A DNA stretch of 64,000 nucleotides from Octopus bimaculoides (taxonomy: Eukaryota): positions 161,977,043 to 162,041,042 of the forward strand of contig NC_068982.1 in the NCBI RefSeq assembly GCF_001194135.2, read 5' to 3'. The notes beneath the pieces were generated by a model. It made no database searches. It saw nothing but the letters and a program-made list of their open reading frames with translations, and was not told where the DNA came from. This document shows positions 14,114 through 28,090 of the stretch, piece after piece; the first letter of the stretch is position 1; the number at the start of each line of letters is the position of its first letter. The position numbers and the translations under genes are program-made.

Positions 14114-14504
14114 TTGTCTTTTACTTCAGGAGATAGTGGGGGATGGCAGTAGTATAATACTTGTAAAAAAAATTGATCTGAATTCATGTGATCTCATCTC
14201 AAAAATTGGGCCTTCATTACCTTCAGTAAACAGTTGCTTAGCTTTTAGTCAGCCCTTGATCAAACAGATCTTGCGATCAAATGCACCCTTTTCCTTGGCA
14301 GAGTATACACATGGGTCATCTTATTCAATGTGTACTCTTCTTTTTTAAGACAGTACAGTGTGATTTGAGAAAGATTTGATTACCATTTTTACCAGTATTA
14401 ACAATCTTATTAGGGATCACTCAGTGGTTCATTTTAATAAACAGTTTTCGCTGCATGCATTGAAGATAGCTTCTCAGATTCTTTAAGGTGTACTCATGCA
14501 CCTC

Positions 14505-14547
<43 letters not shown>

Positions 14548-14906
14548 CACACAAATATATATGTGATATTTCATGCTGTTCTTGCTTTTCTTTGTACCAG
14601 ATTTCTGTGCCTTTCTTTCCATTCAACAGTTTCTAATAGCAACCTATTTATTTTCAAAGTAGTAACAAACTGCCATGAAAATAATTCCAATGTAATGGTG
14701 GTGGTCCTCTCCATTTCTCTGTAGATATTTACCAAGACAGGCCAAACAGTTGGAATTATTGTCTTTACTCAACGAAGGTATTTTTTGCATTAGTCAGTCT
14801 TTAAGGAACACAAAATTGGTGAAATTACTATTCTAGACAGATAGAAGATGTGAACTACAGACTTAAAATAACTTTACCCCCTAATTAGTGGGTTGGCTTG
14901 CTGATG

Positions 14907-14914
14907 AAATTAAT

Positions 14915-14967
<53 letters not shown>

Positions 14968-15000
14968 TGTGTTTTTGTGTATGTGTATGTGTGTGTGTGT
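14907..15000. repeat. (GT)n microsatellite
   Basis: Direct. Confidence 0.95.
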
Positions 15001-16299
15001 AGTCATGCTAGGAGGAAAATGCTTAAAGAGAAACCTGGAATACTAGGTGTGTGTAGTATGAGTATCTATGTATAAACACTGATAACTATACTGGCATGCA
15101 TATACATAAGTATTATTATCATGATGTATGTGCCTGTGTAATATTTATACATAGACATGAATGTACATCCTTAATTTAAATGGCCAGTGATGATACAAGC
15201 TAATGTGTGCAGAGGAGAAGTTAGTTGAAAGCAGCAGATATGCTTGTAAGAATAGGTATGTTATGATTGGTCTAGGAAACTGTGTATACAAGTTGACGGT
15301 GGAGAACATAGTGACCTGGCATTTGTACTGGCTGGTCCCTGAAAACAAATAGCAGAGAAGAATAAGCACTGGGTATGGGGATACTGATCTAAACTTAGAG
15401 AAGTTTGTAAGTGTAAGTGGAAATTAAAATGTATCAGTTGTTGATGACTGCATGAAAAGGAAGATATTATTGTCTGAATGGAACAGGGAAAGTAAATTTC
15501 AAAGATAAATGGGTTGAGATTTGGTGTGGAATGTGATGAAGTAAAACTTAACATCTAAAAGCTTTAACTGAGGGAAGGAAATGATTAAGGAGACAGGTGG
15601 GGGGAACTGGGGGTGGAATTTGGTTTATTATCCTATCACTACTGTTGCTGCTGCTGATGATGATAATTGTGGTGTTGTGGATACAAATATAAAGTATCTT
15701 TATCAGTGAAACCAACCATGATAGTTACAGTATAGTCATTTCATCTTAGTTTACATAAGAATTAGGCTTTTAGTTGAACAAAAAAGAAAAGTCTCAAATT
15801 TTGTTTTCTTAGCTATCATTGGTTGAATAATTCTGCAAATTTAGACATCTTCTGTAGCTGTTGCTTCATTTATTATTGGTTTCCATTTTTGTTCAGCACT
15901 CAAACATGATGATTGATTGAGCAGCATGATATTATTTAGGTTTTTGTGTCTTTCAACATTGTCTGTGGGTACTTTTACTAAATTGCTTTGCCTCCTCTCC
16001 TCTTCCACCTCATCCTCCTTACATCATAATTATCATTGGTTAATATTCATATTTCCATATATTTCCACTTTGTAATATTTCATTTGTATAATTAATTTCT
16101 CTCTATTCATTCTCAGACTCTCTCCAATCACCCTCACTCATCTTTCTATCTGTATGTAACTTACTCTCCAACTGTCTCAGTCTATGTCCCAGTTCACTGT
16201 TACAATCTTCTTGCTATCATATGTGCTCTACACATTCTCATATTGTCTTCTTTACATCTGCTAATGTCTCTGGTCACCCTTACACTGTTTTCCCTCTAA

Positions 16300-16353
16300 T
16301 AATTATTATTATCTTCATTAACCCAGTAATTATTATTATCTTCATTAACCCAG
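16300..16353. repeat. Perfect 27-bp tandem duplication
   Basis: taattattattatcttcattaacccag x2. Confidence 0.95.
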
Positions 16354-16389
16354 TAAAAAAAGTAATAAATCATTGATACTGATTAATAT

Positions 16390-16730
16390 ATGTCTTTTGT
16401 AGTAGTAGTTTCTAGCAGACACAGGGCCTGAAAATTTGTGGGAGGGCTACTGTTTATATTGGCCCAAATATTTGACTAGTGCTTCCTTTTATCAACCTCA
16501 GAAAGATGAAAAGTAAAGCTGACTGCAACAGGATTTGAAGCTAGAACATATAGAACCAGAACAAATACTGCAAGATATTTTGCCACTGCTCTAATGATCC
16601 TGCCAATCTGTTGCCCTTGGTAGTAATAGTAGTAGTAGTAATCCTTTCTATTATAAGAACAAGCCCTGAAATTTCGGGGAGTGGAGCTAGTCGATTACAT
16701 CAACCCCAGTACTTTTTTCTGGTACTTAAA
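16390..16730 (-). mobile_element. Two decayed Meta-like SINE copies
   Basis: Reverse complement of the 37291-37765 family (atcaacctcagaaagatgaaaagtaaagctgac...atttgaa). Confidence 0.6.
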
Positions 16731-16779
16731 TAATAATAATAACAATTATAATACATTTCTTTATTGGTCACAACGGCTC

Positions 16780-18900
16780 AGAAAAAAATATTTGTAACAA
16801 TACATAGACGAAGGACTGTGGAGATATACATATACATAAGTAAAACAATGCAAGAAAATTGTTAGCAAAATTCCCTGATGGAGGAAGTATCACCCAGGGG
16901 GAACCAAGGAATCCCACTAATGCTGGATCATCCTGACCACCAAGGGCACAACAGGGATACACAACTCTTGTATCCATTCTCTCCAACTACAGGAGCAAGC
17001 TCAGAGCTGGTCCACTCACTCAAGCCATCTTTGTACCATAAGAGTGGCAGATGAGGAAACATTAGAAGGTCAGATTACATAAATGGTAGGTGCTTTCACA
17101 GAATTGACTACAGATTTGGGAAAAGCCATAGGAAACAAATGTATAGAAATGAAATGAAACCTTCCAAGAAGTTACAACCACCTGGAGACAATTGAGGAAC
17201 CCCATTACATATCCAGGATTATCTGATTGAGGAAAATACCCTCTTTTAGCTATGTTTTCTAGCTTACAGTTGCATGCTGCAAGTTGGTCCATTCATGCAG
17301 ATGGTTCTTCTCACCTATCTTTCAGCAAATTCACTGAAGGATAGTATTGTCCTCAGCACCCCCACTTTTCTCCTTGTGGAAGTTAATGATGGCTTGGCTA
17401 AAGAGGAAACTGTTTTCAGTCTTTTCAATCTGGTCCACTATATTCATCATGGCCACCAGTCTAGAATATACCTACCCTTCCCAGCAGAGTGAGCCAGATT
17501 TGTCCTTCGTATAGCATCATGACACAATTTCACATGCTAGCAGTACTTAGACTCTGATTGAGTATGTTTTTGAGATATAATTCAATTTTCCAAAGAGTAA
17601 GCCTTCAAAAAGCATCTCAATCAACTGCATCGCTAACTGTGTTTCCATAGAAACTAACATTTCAATATTGATATATCTCCCTACCAGTGTAATTGCTAAT
17701 CATCAGTACAACAGAACTTTGTTTCTGATATCTACTTTACATTTAAAATATTAGACACTATAAACTTTGGGGAAAAAAATCAACTTACCCACTTCAGTAA
17801 CCAACAACCATCACCATCATTAATGGAGGTTTCAGTTTTTAGCAGCTACCATTGTGCATTCAAATCTTTCTGCCCATCTTACCCATTCTCCAGTATAAAT
17901 TTGTTGCTCTTTTCTTTCTGAAATTGGTGTTTATAATATCTAATACCATTCTACATTGAAAATCTCAGCAGTGAATTCATTCCTAACATTATATTTGTTC
18001 TGTCTTATCTCTATTGAACTGATAAATTTATCAATTTTATCATCATTTTCAAATATTGATTCTAACTGTTTCTGTCTTTATATGTCTGTGTAGAATATAA
18101 AGAGTCACTGTTACCAAGCAGTATTACTTGCTGGTTATTTGGTTAATGATATATATTTATTTGATACAATCTGCTGTATTATATCATAAATACTTCTCTC
18201 CAAACATGTCATGAAGTCTGCTTTCATTCACAAATACATGATTTTTAATGTGGTAAATTAAATGGTAAATACTTCTAGTTACCTTATTTCTGTTTATCAA
18301 CTTTCAACATCTTGTTCGCTTCTGTATCTTAATGTCTCGACCTTGAACTTTTTTTAAAACTCATCCTGTTTGTTAACCGTCAGCTGCTTGTTCCTTTTGT
18401 GTGTCACGACAGGAGTATTGCGTGGTGTACGATGCTATCTCTCAGTCACCAGTCTGGCTACGTCTATTACACAGAGACATTACTGAGAGATGTATGCTGG
18501 CAGCCCTTATTCACCATTCTAGATACTCCTATTGTATTGAGACAAGAGTGTCACTGTGTTTTGTTCATTCAATATATTTACAGAATACTCCTAAAGCCTA
18601 GTGATTCTCTTTTAGTACTCACACCAGTTGTGTACTCTAAGTGTGAGGTTTCGCAGTGGACCTGCAAACAATGTCAGAATGCTGTCATTAAGCTTATATA
18701 ATATTTGTGCTACTCTCATAAGTTTGTGGAAACTATTTTTCACTGTCACATGCACACACCACCATTTTTTAGTTTATAGAGTGTATTATATAATACTAGA
18801 TGTTGTTTCAGTACCTGCTGTACTCTACAAGCACTGCAAATCCTCTTGTATTTCCCATTCTGCGATCTGATAAGAAGTGTACATTTTCCTACCTGTAAGA
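16780..18900 (-). mobile_element. Decayed coding-like relic, possibly LTR retrotransposon pol (approximate)
   Basis: Long semi-open minus-strand frames; IVSRWL*LLGRFHF resembles the end of Ty3/Gypsy RNase H and VSFYGNTVS resembles RT; weak. Confidence 0.3.
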
Positions 18901-21900
18901 CCATGTTTTATATAGTAAACTAGCTGTTAGGGCCTAGTGTTGTCTGGGTTCATAATTGAAAGACATTAATCCAATAATTATAAAACGTTTTTCTTGTTTC
19001 TTTCGAATAGCTGGCAAAAGAACCAGTTTGTGAAATTTTAGCCAATTTTCCCTTAAATCACATCCTATTGTCTAAAATAAAGATAGATATACTAAATGGC
19101 ATCACTGATATTCAAAAAGATGGGTTGGCTGCCGCTAGAGCACATTTTGATCATGGATCTGATTGATCAGGGCTGACCTGTGCTAGATAGACAACACCAG
19201 CAACAATGAAGCAAAATACTAAAACTCTGATTGTAATGTTTCTCTGTAGGCAATATTTTCACTGCATTGTATATTGAAATAATTTCTCCATGATGGAAAA
19301 CGTATTAGAATGAGGAAAAGTTACAATCAATAGAAATTTATACTTCACACTGATTTTAAACATGTGATAAGGACAGTATTAGTAAAAATAAGCAAAACTA
19401 TATAGACAGTTTGTTTATAAAAGAAACAAACTTTTAAGATATTAAATCTCTAAAAATAACTGACATGTGATATTAAAAACAAGAAAATGAAGTATGCTAT
19501 AATAGTCATAGATTAAAAAGTGTAATATTTTCACCACATAATTCAGTTGATGTCTCACTTCAGAATATTTCAGCCAATTCCTGTTCCCAAAAATCTTGCC
19601 ATAGTGTAGAATTCCATAATGCAAAACTTGTTTTCCCAATGATTTCCATGTTATAAAGTGGGATGCATTCCAAGGGAATTTTTTGAAAATAAATAAATAG
19701 ATAAAAAAGCAAGTAATCCAACCACTTGTATGCACAGAAATAATTCTTTAAACACAGTAGAGTATGTATACATAAAAAATTTGGAAGAGAGAACTGCATT
19801 AGGGAATAAATAAGAATGCAATAGTAAAGTGTATATTCACTGCAAAGTATGTTGACTGCTGTTTGTTGAGAGGTGGTGCAATGGGAGTTACTGGGAGGAA
19901 AAGAGATACTATCTTCTGCTTTATAGATCAGCATTATAAGTATCTGCTTCAGAGATGAAGAAATGTCCTAAATTGTTTGATGATTTGATGATAACAGAGT
20001 GTAGGAACTGAGCTCATGATTTTAGTTGCATTCACAATAAGGATGATTATTAGCAAGCGTTTCCAAACTTTCCTCTGTAAGTGCTATATTTTGGCAGACA
20101 ACTGAAGGGGAGTATGCAAATTGCAAACTTTAACATTTTGCAATATGACTGAGTTGTTCTCCCACATAAAACGTTTGTAAAACATCAAGTTTAATGTCCA
20201 ATATAATTCATTTGTGACTCCTTTTGGCACCTCTGCTTTCATTCTATTTGATGGCCTCTTTTCAGTCATCTTAAATAAAGGTAATGCTCTGTAAAACTAA
20301 TGGTGGGAGAGACAAACAAGATATCTTCATCAAATTGTAAAACAGTAGAATCTGTGAAAAGTAGTCATCTTCTGTATCAGCAAAAAATAGTGGTCTTCTA
20401 ACTTTGGATGCAAGAATAGGAATGAGAAAATGAAAGGAGTGGGGAAATAACATCAAAAAGTGGGAACTGTATGATGCAGGTGAAAGTACTGTATAGTTAA
20501 AGTTAGAAACAAAACCTAGGCTGAAGACTTTGAGAGCAATGGAAAGCAAAATCAGATGAACTGGTACAAAGAATATGGGAGAAGGAGGCAGATAGTTGTT
20601 AGGTAGAATGTTGAAAGTAATGAAGAATAAGGTGTGGAAGAAAAGAATGACATGGTTATGTATTGGCAAGAAGATTAAGAGCTTTGAAAAATATGTAAAT
20701 AAATACTTGTAGGAAAGAAAAAAAATCATAATTGGTAGGTTGTAAGCAACAGAGGTATGAATAGAATAGGGACAAAAAAACGAAACAAGAAGATCAACAT
20801 GATTTCTATGTAAAAAAAAAAAAAGAAATAGTATGCGTATGCATGGATCATGATTTTAGATTTTAAAGTTGTTAAAATTTACTTTAGTTTTCATAAGGGT
20901 AGAATAATAGGGGTTGGACTTTATCTTCTTTTTATTATGGATGTCTTAGCTGTCACTTGTAGTTCATTAACAAAAAATGATCATACCCATTATTGAATCA
21001 TGGAAACATGAGCCAATGGCAATGCTTTGCACACATCAACTTCGATTTTCTGCTTGCCTTCCTGGTTCAATTTGCTACTCCATTAGCTATCATACTGCAG
21101 TGTTCTGTGTATGCTTTGTGTGGACAGTCATGAGTAGTGTTAGGAGTGATATATATTATTTAACAGTTCTTAATGTGTGATGCACGGATGCTGTGACTTG
21201 CTTACTCTTTACAGGTGTATATCCACCTCATGCAGTTCCAACTGATCCTTACATTTCCTCTGAGGTTTACAATGTATTTGAGAAACAAGCACAAATTTTG
21301 AGTTCCTATATATATATATATATATATATACATACATACCTAGAGCTGATATGACTTATATGCTGCAGTTCTTTTAATTCCAGGGAAAAGAAACAAAGTA
21401 ATTGAGAATAACATTATTCTTGGGATTGAATTACAATTGGAAATAATTTTAGTACTAGATGTTCAACCAATGAGTAATGAAAAGTAGACTTATATCTGTA
21501 TATAAACACGCACATTCACTTGTTTACACACAGGCACGCACGCACGCACACACACACACACACACACGTTATTTTAGTTGAGGTATATAAACAGTATTGC
21601 TCTTAAGTTGAGAATATAAATCATAGTTAAATGATAAACAACAGCTTTATAAAACATTAGTTAACACTCCTTCCAACACCACCATCACCAGTTACCTCTG
21701 TCTGTAGACTAACAGTAGTGTTTCTATAGAACCAAGTGGTGTTAGTTAAACTAGTATTGTGACTCAACTTGGCTGGCTGTAATGTTAAAGAAACACATAC
21801 AGTATCAAGTTATGGATACATAAATTCTGAGAATTGTATTTAGACCCTTCCTATATATCTCAGACTAGTGAATTATCTCCGCAGTTAAGTATTTGAATAA

Positions 21901-24900
21901 TGTTCCTTGTTGGTGGTAATTTGATTTATCTTTTCACACTTTACACTTTCTGGTTCTTCATCAACATTGCCTTTTCCTCTCCTCTTTCTCACTTCATTCA
22001 TTAGGCCGCCTGACCATTTATGCATACTGTAATAGTAGACAGAAATACAAGTAGTTTATTGAGTGTATGTTTATGCACACATAAATACTATGGGAAGGAT
22101 CAAGTAGATTGTCTGTTGTAGAGTATATTTTATTCAAAATTTTCATTTAGATGTTTGTCGAAACTGGTCAACACTAGAATCTGTAATTTTGGTCTTGATT
22201 TATCCCCCCTCCCCCTAGTTATTAGCTAGAAACTCATTTTGTTTGTCATAACCACCATCATCATGATGATAATGGCTATTTATTTTTGCTGATATATCTG
22301 CCATACAGCCATCTGTTTTGGTCTTTTCTCATTCTGAAATCTGATCTCACCATTTCTTCCTATATTTTTCACTTTCTTGGGTAACCTCCCTTCTCACTAC
22401 ATGTCACTTTTTCACAGAACATCTATCATTTATTATACCCCTCACATGTCCAGTCTAGAACAGCTATCTGTTCTATATACATTAGCTGGTATCTTTTAAA
22501 CATACTTCTCATGCAAGTTAACATTACATATCCAGCATACATAACTACTTTCTCTCCAGTATTCACCTATCTTCCATATTCAATATCCAATACTAACACT
22601 ACCATGCAACACCATATTCCTTACAGGTACTTCATACAACCTGTCTTCCACATAAGCATAGAAATTAAGACATTTTTCTAAAAAGTGTCCACTTCTTTTT
22701 TTTTTATTACTCCTGTTACTATTACACTGCCGCCATTACTAATTAGACCACCTAAATAACATACACATGTGCAAATAAGTGAATGAAGGAGCTTTTATAT
22801 ATTCTTCAACCTGCTAGAAATAGCTACTAAATTTCTTTCCAGTTACACTGTGCTGTCTTTAATAAAGAAAGGAGTTATTAATTAATGTAGTTCTGTATAC
22901 CCTTAAAAAGATGGAATGTTCAAGACTGGAACAGTTTTGACCATATGTTTGCTTAACCAGGGTTGTCCTAACCACCAATAACAAACAAACACACATCTGT
23001 ATTGTGTTATATATCAGTCTAACAGAGATGAAGATAGTGTTAATATGGAATGGGATATGCAGAGTAATGTAGATGTGTGAATGGGAACAAATTTCTCTTG
23101 AAGATGCTGTAGTTAATATTAAAAAAAAAAAACATATCCAACATGGAATCCAGAGTGCGAGGTGTTCAAATAGTTGCTATCATAAACTGGCAACTTAGAT
23201 AAAATGGTTTCCTATGATGTGCACAAGTTTACGATTTATTACTATGATACTATGAACAGAAAGAAGATCCCTGGCTTCTCAACTATCTCACTCTTCCAAT
23301 CTTTGTAACAGAACTGTTATGCATGAGTGAAAAAATGTATGAAGTAAAGAAATGTAAGAATATTTCAGAGAATTTATAGCAAGATAATATTATATGTTAA
23401 TGGAACTTGTTTAGTTGTCCAATCATAAATCAGTTTTGTTATAAATATCAAAAACAAAATAGTAGTTTGTGTAGATTTTATTATCTTTATTGAAATCATA
23501 AACTGAATCAAATGTCTCATAAACAGAAGTTTTCCTGCTCCTCTTATACCCACCCAACCTCGATGGTGTGGCCTTCTTTGAAGAAACTGATGTGTCTTAT
23601 TGAATATTCTTTGAAAAGTCAGTAATTGAATTTTATTACTATACAATGCTTGCATATTAATGTCTGGTCACCAAGAGCTAGTTTCTTGAGTTTATTCTTT
23701 ATGTCTATATCTTAACCTTAATAGTATTGATTGTTCAAATTGGTACACAGACACAAGTTGATATGGGAGTAAAAGATGGGATTTGGTTTGGAAATGTAGA
23801 GGGATTTGTTTTGGCATTTTAGCATTTCTGCTACCTCATTAATGTTTTTAGTTTGCAAGCTTTTCAATGATGTTTCTAACAATAGTGTAACTTGGTGTGA
23901 GACAACATGCCCTTCCTTCTCTGGATACACAGCTAATCTACTGGTAGTCAACGTTTCTAGCAGTTAGGTAGGCTGAGATAGATTGTATGTAGTGTCTCAT
24001 TGCTTGAGAGGAGAAGGTTTAGAATATAGTAGAGAACAGGGAGGCCTAAGAAAGTAACCGGGTTTTTGTAGGTATTGTGGAGAAATTAGATTCTATGTAA
24101 GTACAAACACCAGTTTAAAAAAAAAAAAAAATTGGAGTGTAGTAGGAGTTTGTGATAGAAAGCATGAGATTTGTGTCAGAATAACTAACATATTGGAAGA
24201 TGATTGTGTAATGTGTAGGGTAATGGTTGAACTGAAATCAAGAAATATTGGAATAAAGAATCATGAACTGTCAACCCCTGAATTGGTAATGCTATGCCAT
24301 TCTTGACCATTTCATAACTTGGATATAAGAAAAACTGCAGGCTTATGATTTATATGAGGTTGCTTAGTGTCCCTAGACATTTAGTCCTAGGCAACTCTTA
24401 ACTGCCTGACTGAACAGACCCTATGATCAAAGGAGTTCCAACTCTAATCATTCTACCTTTTTAAGTCATTTAAGGACAATATTATCCAATGTTTTCTTTT
24501 TAAAATTATAGGATATGATTTGAGTGAGATTTCACTGTTTTTTCTAATAGAATAAATGAAGCTACATTGTTGATTTATTAAACTTCTCATATTTCTGGTC
24601 TGTATTAGCAATGTAACTGGAGTGAAATCAGGATTGAGGAAAGAATTTCATATTTGGTTTTACTTCTCTTCTGTAGAAAGTTATAAAGATCTTGGAATAT
24701 CAAAGTTGCTGATATCTTAGGATACTGAGTATGAAATCTCTCTTTCAACATTTTCTATTTCAATTATAATATCATTAGGTTGGTTGCCTTATACTGATAG
24801 AGTTAACAACTGTGATTTATCTGACAACAATTTTCTCTTTATATCTTTGCTAATAGCAACATTATGGGATTCTGTATCATGTGGCATTAATTATGTGTGA

Positions 24901-25359
24901 CATCTTGTCATTAGCTACAATTTAGTAACTTTTCAAGAACTTTAAAAATAATCTACTTTTGGAACTTTAACTTTGTCAGTAACTTCCATTTTTATGGCTC
25001 TATTGAAATGCAAATAATTCTTCTTCCCCACTCTCTTTCTCCCCCATTCTCTCCCTCCCTCTCTCTCACTCTCATACCTTTCAACTTCTCAAAAAATTGA
25101 GTAAAGTGAGAAAATGTTTTATGTTATGGTTTAGTCAGAGGAAGGATAAGATAACTGACTTTGCTGGGAGGAAGCTATTATCTGACCTTTGAAACTATGA
25201 GTAAAACAGTAACAAAACTTTCATTTGTGGTACTTGAGGGTTTCACAAACGCCAAAATAAATGTTCCACTGTTCCTTTTAAACAGTAGGATGACTCCAGA
25301 GCCAAATGTTTGTTGAGGTGAAATGCATAGTCAGTTAGGTATTGCAGAAAGGGTCATAG

Positions 25360-25650
25360 GCTATGGTTGATAAAACAGTATTACTGTCAAAAGAGATGCA
25401 CTAGAGAGAAGCAATTGGAAAGGCTTTGCATTGTTGGACTAGGTTAGGAAAGTTATGGATAGGTATATAGTATAGTTGATGAGGAACAGAAGTAGCTCAG
25501 ATGAAGTGTACTTTGGCTTTGTACCAGGAAGAAGTACCACAAATGCCACTTTCCTAGTGAGACAACTGTAGAATTACTTTTTTTTACAAGTAAGCCCTTA
25601 TACCTAGCATTTGTCGACCTGGTGAGGGCCTTTGATAGGGTTCTACACTC
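25360..25650 (+). mobile_element. RTE reverse transcriptase fragment
   Basis: Translates to FGFVPGRSTTNATFLVRQL...KPLYLAFVDLVRAFDRV (RT motifs). Confidence 0.85.
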
Positions 25651-25699
25651 TGTAACTTGATGGTTGCTGTTGACCAATGTCTTGTGAGTGAATTTAGTG

Positions 25700-25876
25700 A
25701 GCAGAAATAGTATAGAAATGTGTGTGTGTGTATGCATGTTTTTGGCTCTTAGTCATGCTACTGTAAACAAACCTCACTGTCCTGCAAGCAGAAATAGTAT
25801 AGAAATGTGTGTGTGTATGCGTGTTTTTGGCTCTTAGTCATGCTACTGTAAACAAACCTCACTGTCCTGCAAGCAG
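25700..25876. repeat. Near-perfect tandem duplication (87-bp and 85-bp units)
   Basis: agcagaaatagtatagaaatg...cactgtcctgca x2, differing by one GT unit and one substitution. Confidence 0.95.
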
Positions 25877-27093
25877 TGTTGTTTGTTTGCAATCTTCTAT
25901 GAAAACATATGGGTCTAACAGAATGAATCCTTAGGTAGTTGATCAATCTGTTTCTCAATTGAACATCACCATCATGTGGGTATAGCTGAGTCTGTTCTGT
26001 TGTAAGCACCTGGGCCAGGCTTCCAGTGTTTAATACCTCCCTCCCTGTCACCATCATGAGCCCTGTAAAAGACAATGAGCACTGCCTTTCCTCCTAAGTA
26101 AATCATTAAAAATAAGAAAAGAAAAAAGTCAGAATCTTCATCATTGACAACAGTCAAACTCTTCTATTTATACTGGAATATTCTTTTAGTCTGAATGGTG
26201 GTAGAAGTGGTGGGACTGATATAAATATTTGAGCCATGGCTTTGCTAGGTTCAGATGTTAGGAGCAACAGAACAAACATGTAATGAATGGCATCTACAAA
26301 TATTAAATTATCCACTTTTGAAGATAGCGTCAAGATGTCTGAAAAATGTTCCTTTTTCTCAGTTCCTTCTGGAAGGGCAATCAGTTCCTGTCTGATTTTC
26401 TATACTTCCCTGCTGTGCTCATTAACCATCCTCAATGAAGTGGCTTTGTTCTTGTTGCGGTTGTGTTGTTGTTACTACATTTCAACTAGTTTACATGCCC
26501 TCACAGAAAATTACAGAATTAAGTTCCTTCCTCTTCTATTTTTTGCCACATATACAGCTTCCTAATAATGACCTAAAGATACAGCCTTTATTCTGCCACC
26601 TGTCCAAACATTTTTTTTTTTTTTCATTTCAGCATATAGGAAATTTCACTACATTAACTGTTCAGGCATTTTGTCATTGCTTACAGCTGACTACGTTCAA
26701 GTATATGCATGCACACACACACACACACACAACATAATCATCTTTATTTTATATCTATATGTATGTGTGTGTGTGTGTGTGTGTGTAATTAAATCATTCA
26801 GCCAAACATTAATGCTGAACAGTTAAGAAGTTTGCTTTGCAATAATAAAGTTTCGGGTTCAATCCCACTCCATGGATTTTGAGCAAGTGTCATTTACTGT
26901 AGCCTCAGTTCAACTAAAGTTTTGTAGTACATGAAATTGGTTCAGTACAAAATATTTAGAACTCTATTGGTTGGATTGTATTTTAATTCAAGGGTATTGA
27001 ACTGATTCTGTGGAATACTTATTAGCTGACAGATTGAATACAGAGTTTAGTTGATCAAGTAACTGAATACTCATCATTGAAATCAACAACAGA

Positions 27094-27131
<38 letters not shown>

Positions 27132-27659
27132 CGCGCGTGTGCGTTATGCTGCTCATCAAGCATGGTAGTTTTCATATTTATTGAGAATGAAACAAAAATG
27201 TCTTACTGCCACTTAGTTAGATACACATTCACTTTATTTGTTATTTAATAACCTCCTACTTCAACACTGTCTCTGCTAATTATTTTATATAGTTATTTTA
27301 ATATTTACAAAATTAAACTTGGCCACTCTTCTATCACAAGAATGTTGTGAAGGCCTTAAGAGTTGGTGTGAAATGGATGCAATTTTAAGTTGAGTTTAGA
27401 GAAAGAAATTGGAGATAAAGGAAGTGGAGTTTGTGAATGAGTGATAGTGGTAGGTAATGAAACAACAGCCACTATATAGCCATTCAACTTAGTAGCCCTG
27501 TGTGTATTTGTGTACATATATGTATATGTGTCTGCATGTATATCTATACATTTGTGCATGTCTTTGTGCAGAAACACACATGTACATATGTTCACACACA
27601 TATGCTATAATACACAGAGCAATAAACAAATACAGAATGTGAGCATATGAGCCAATGAT

Positions 27660-28090
27660 GGGCCACTAAGAGGAAAGCTCTTCTATCTAAAAAGTGAGTG
27701 CAGTTCTACTCTTACTTCACTCACTCATATCCATTTCACACATGAGAGCTTCTTGGAAAACACACAAGGATCTCTCACAAAATCCTGTGGCAGTTAAGAG
27801 TAATGGAACATAACACGCTTGAGCAGCTCGAAGTATGTAATTTCCAACCTCTATGTAGGTAGCTTGCGATATTAGTCACTTCTTTTCCAAACGAAAGTAA
27901 AAGAGAGACTCAGTAACACTATGAATAACAGAAAGGATTGAGAAAAGTTGGTTCAAACAAAGCTTGCCTAATTCTGTAACTGGTCAGCAACCTTTGCAGT
28001 TGTCCCCTATCTTTGTAATCCATAGTGACATCCAGGAAATTTACAACTTTCCAAGAAGTTATCGTAGTTAGACGCAAGTTGACTTCCATC
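27660..28090. mobile_element. Penelope-like fragments (approximate)
   Basis: Minus strand 27919-28090 gives NLRLTTITSWKVVNFLDVTMD (Penelope RT-like). Plus strand 27660-27900 is weakly similar to the GIY-YIG C-terminus (LS..LWQLR). Confidence 0.45.

Noticed and set aside
18401-18701. Cys-containing ORFs resembling a piggyBac C-terminal cysteine-rich domain
   Set aside because: Cys spacing does not fit and no DDD core is nearby.
20271-20729. 152-aa hydrophobic minus-strand ORF
   Set aside because: Reverse of a purine-rich tract; F/L/I bias is compositional.
21177-21264. Possible C/D snoRNA or cryptic 50-nt exon after tttacag
   Set aside because: C box is imperfect, there is no terminal stem, the donor is weak and the peptide is not Trio-like.
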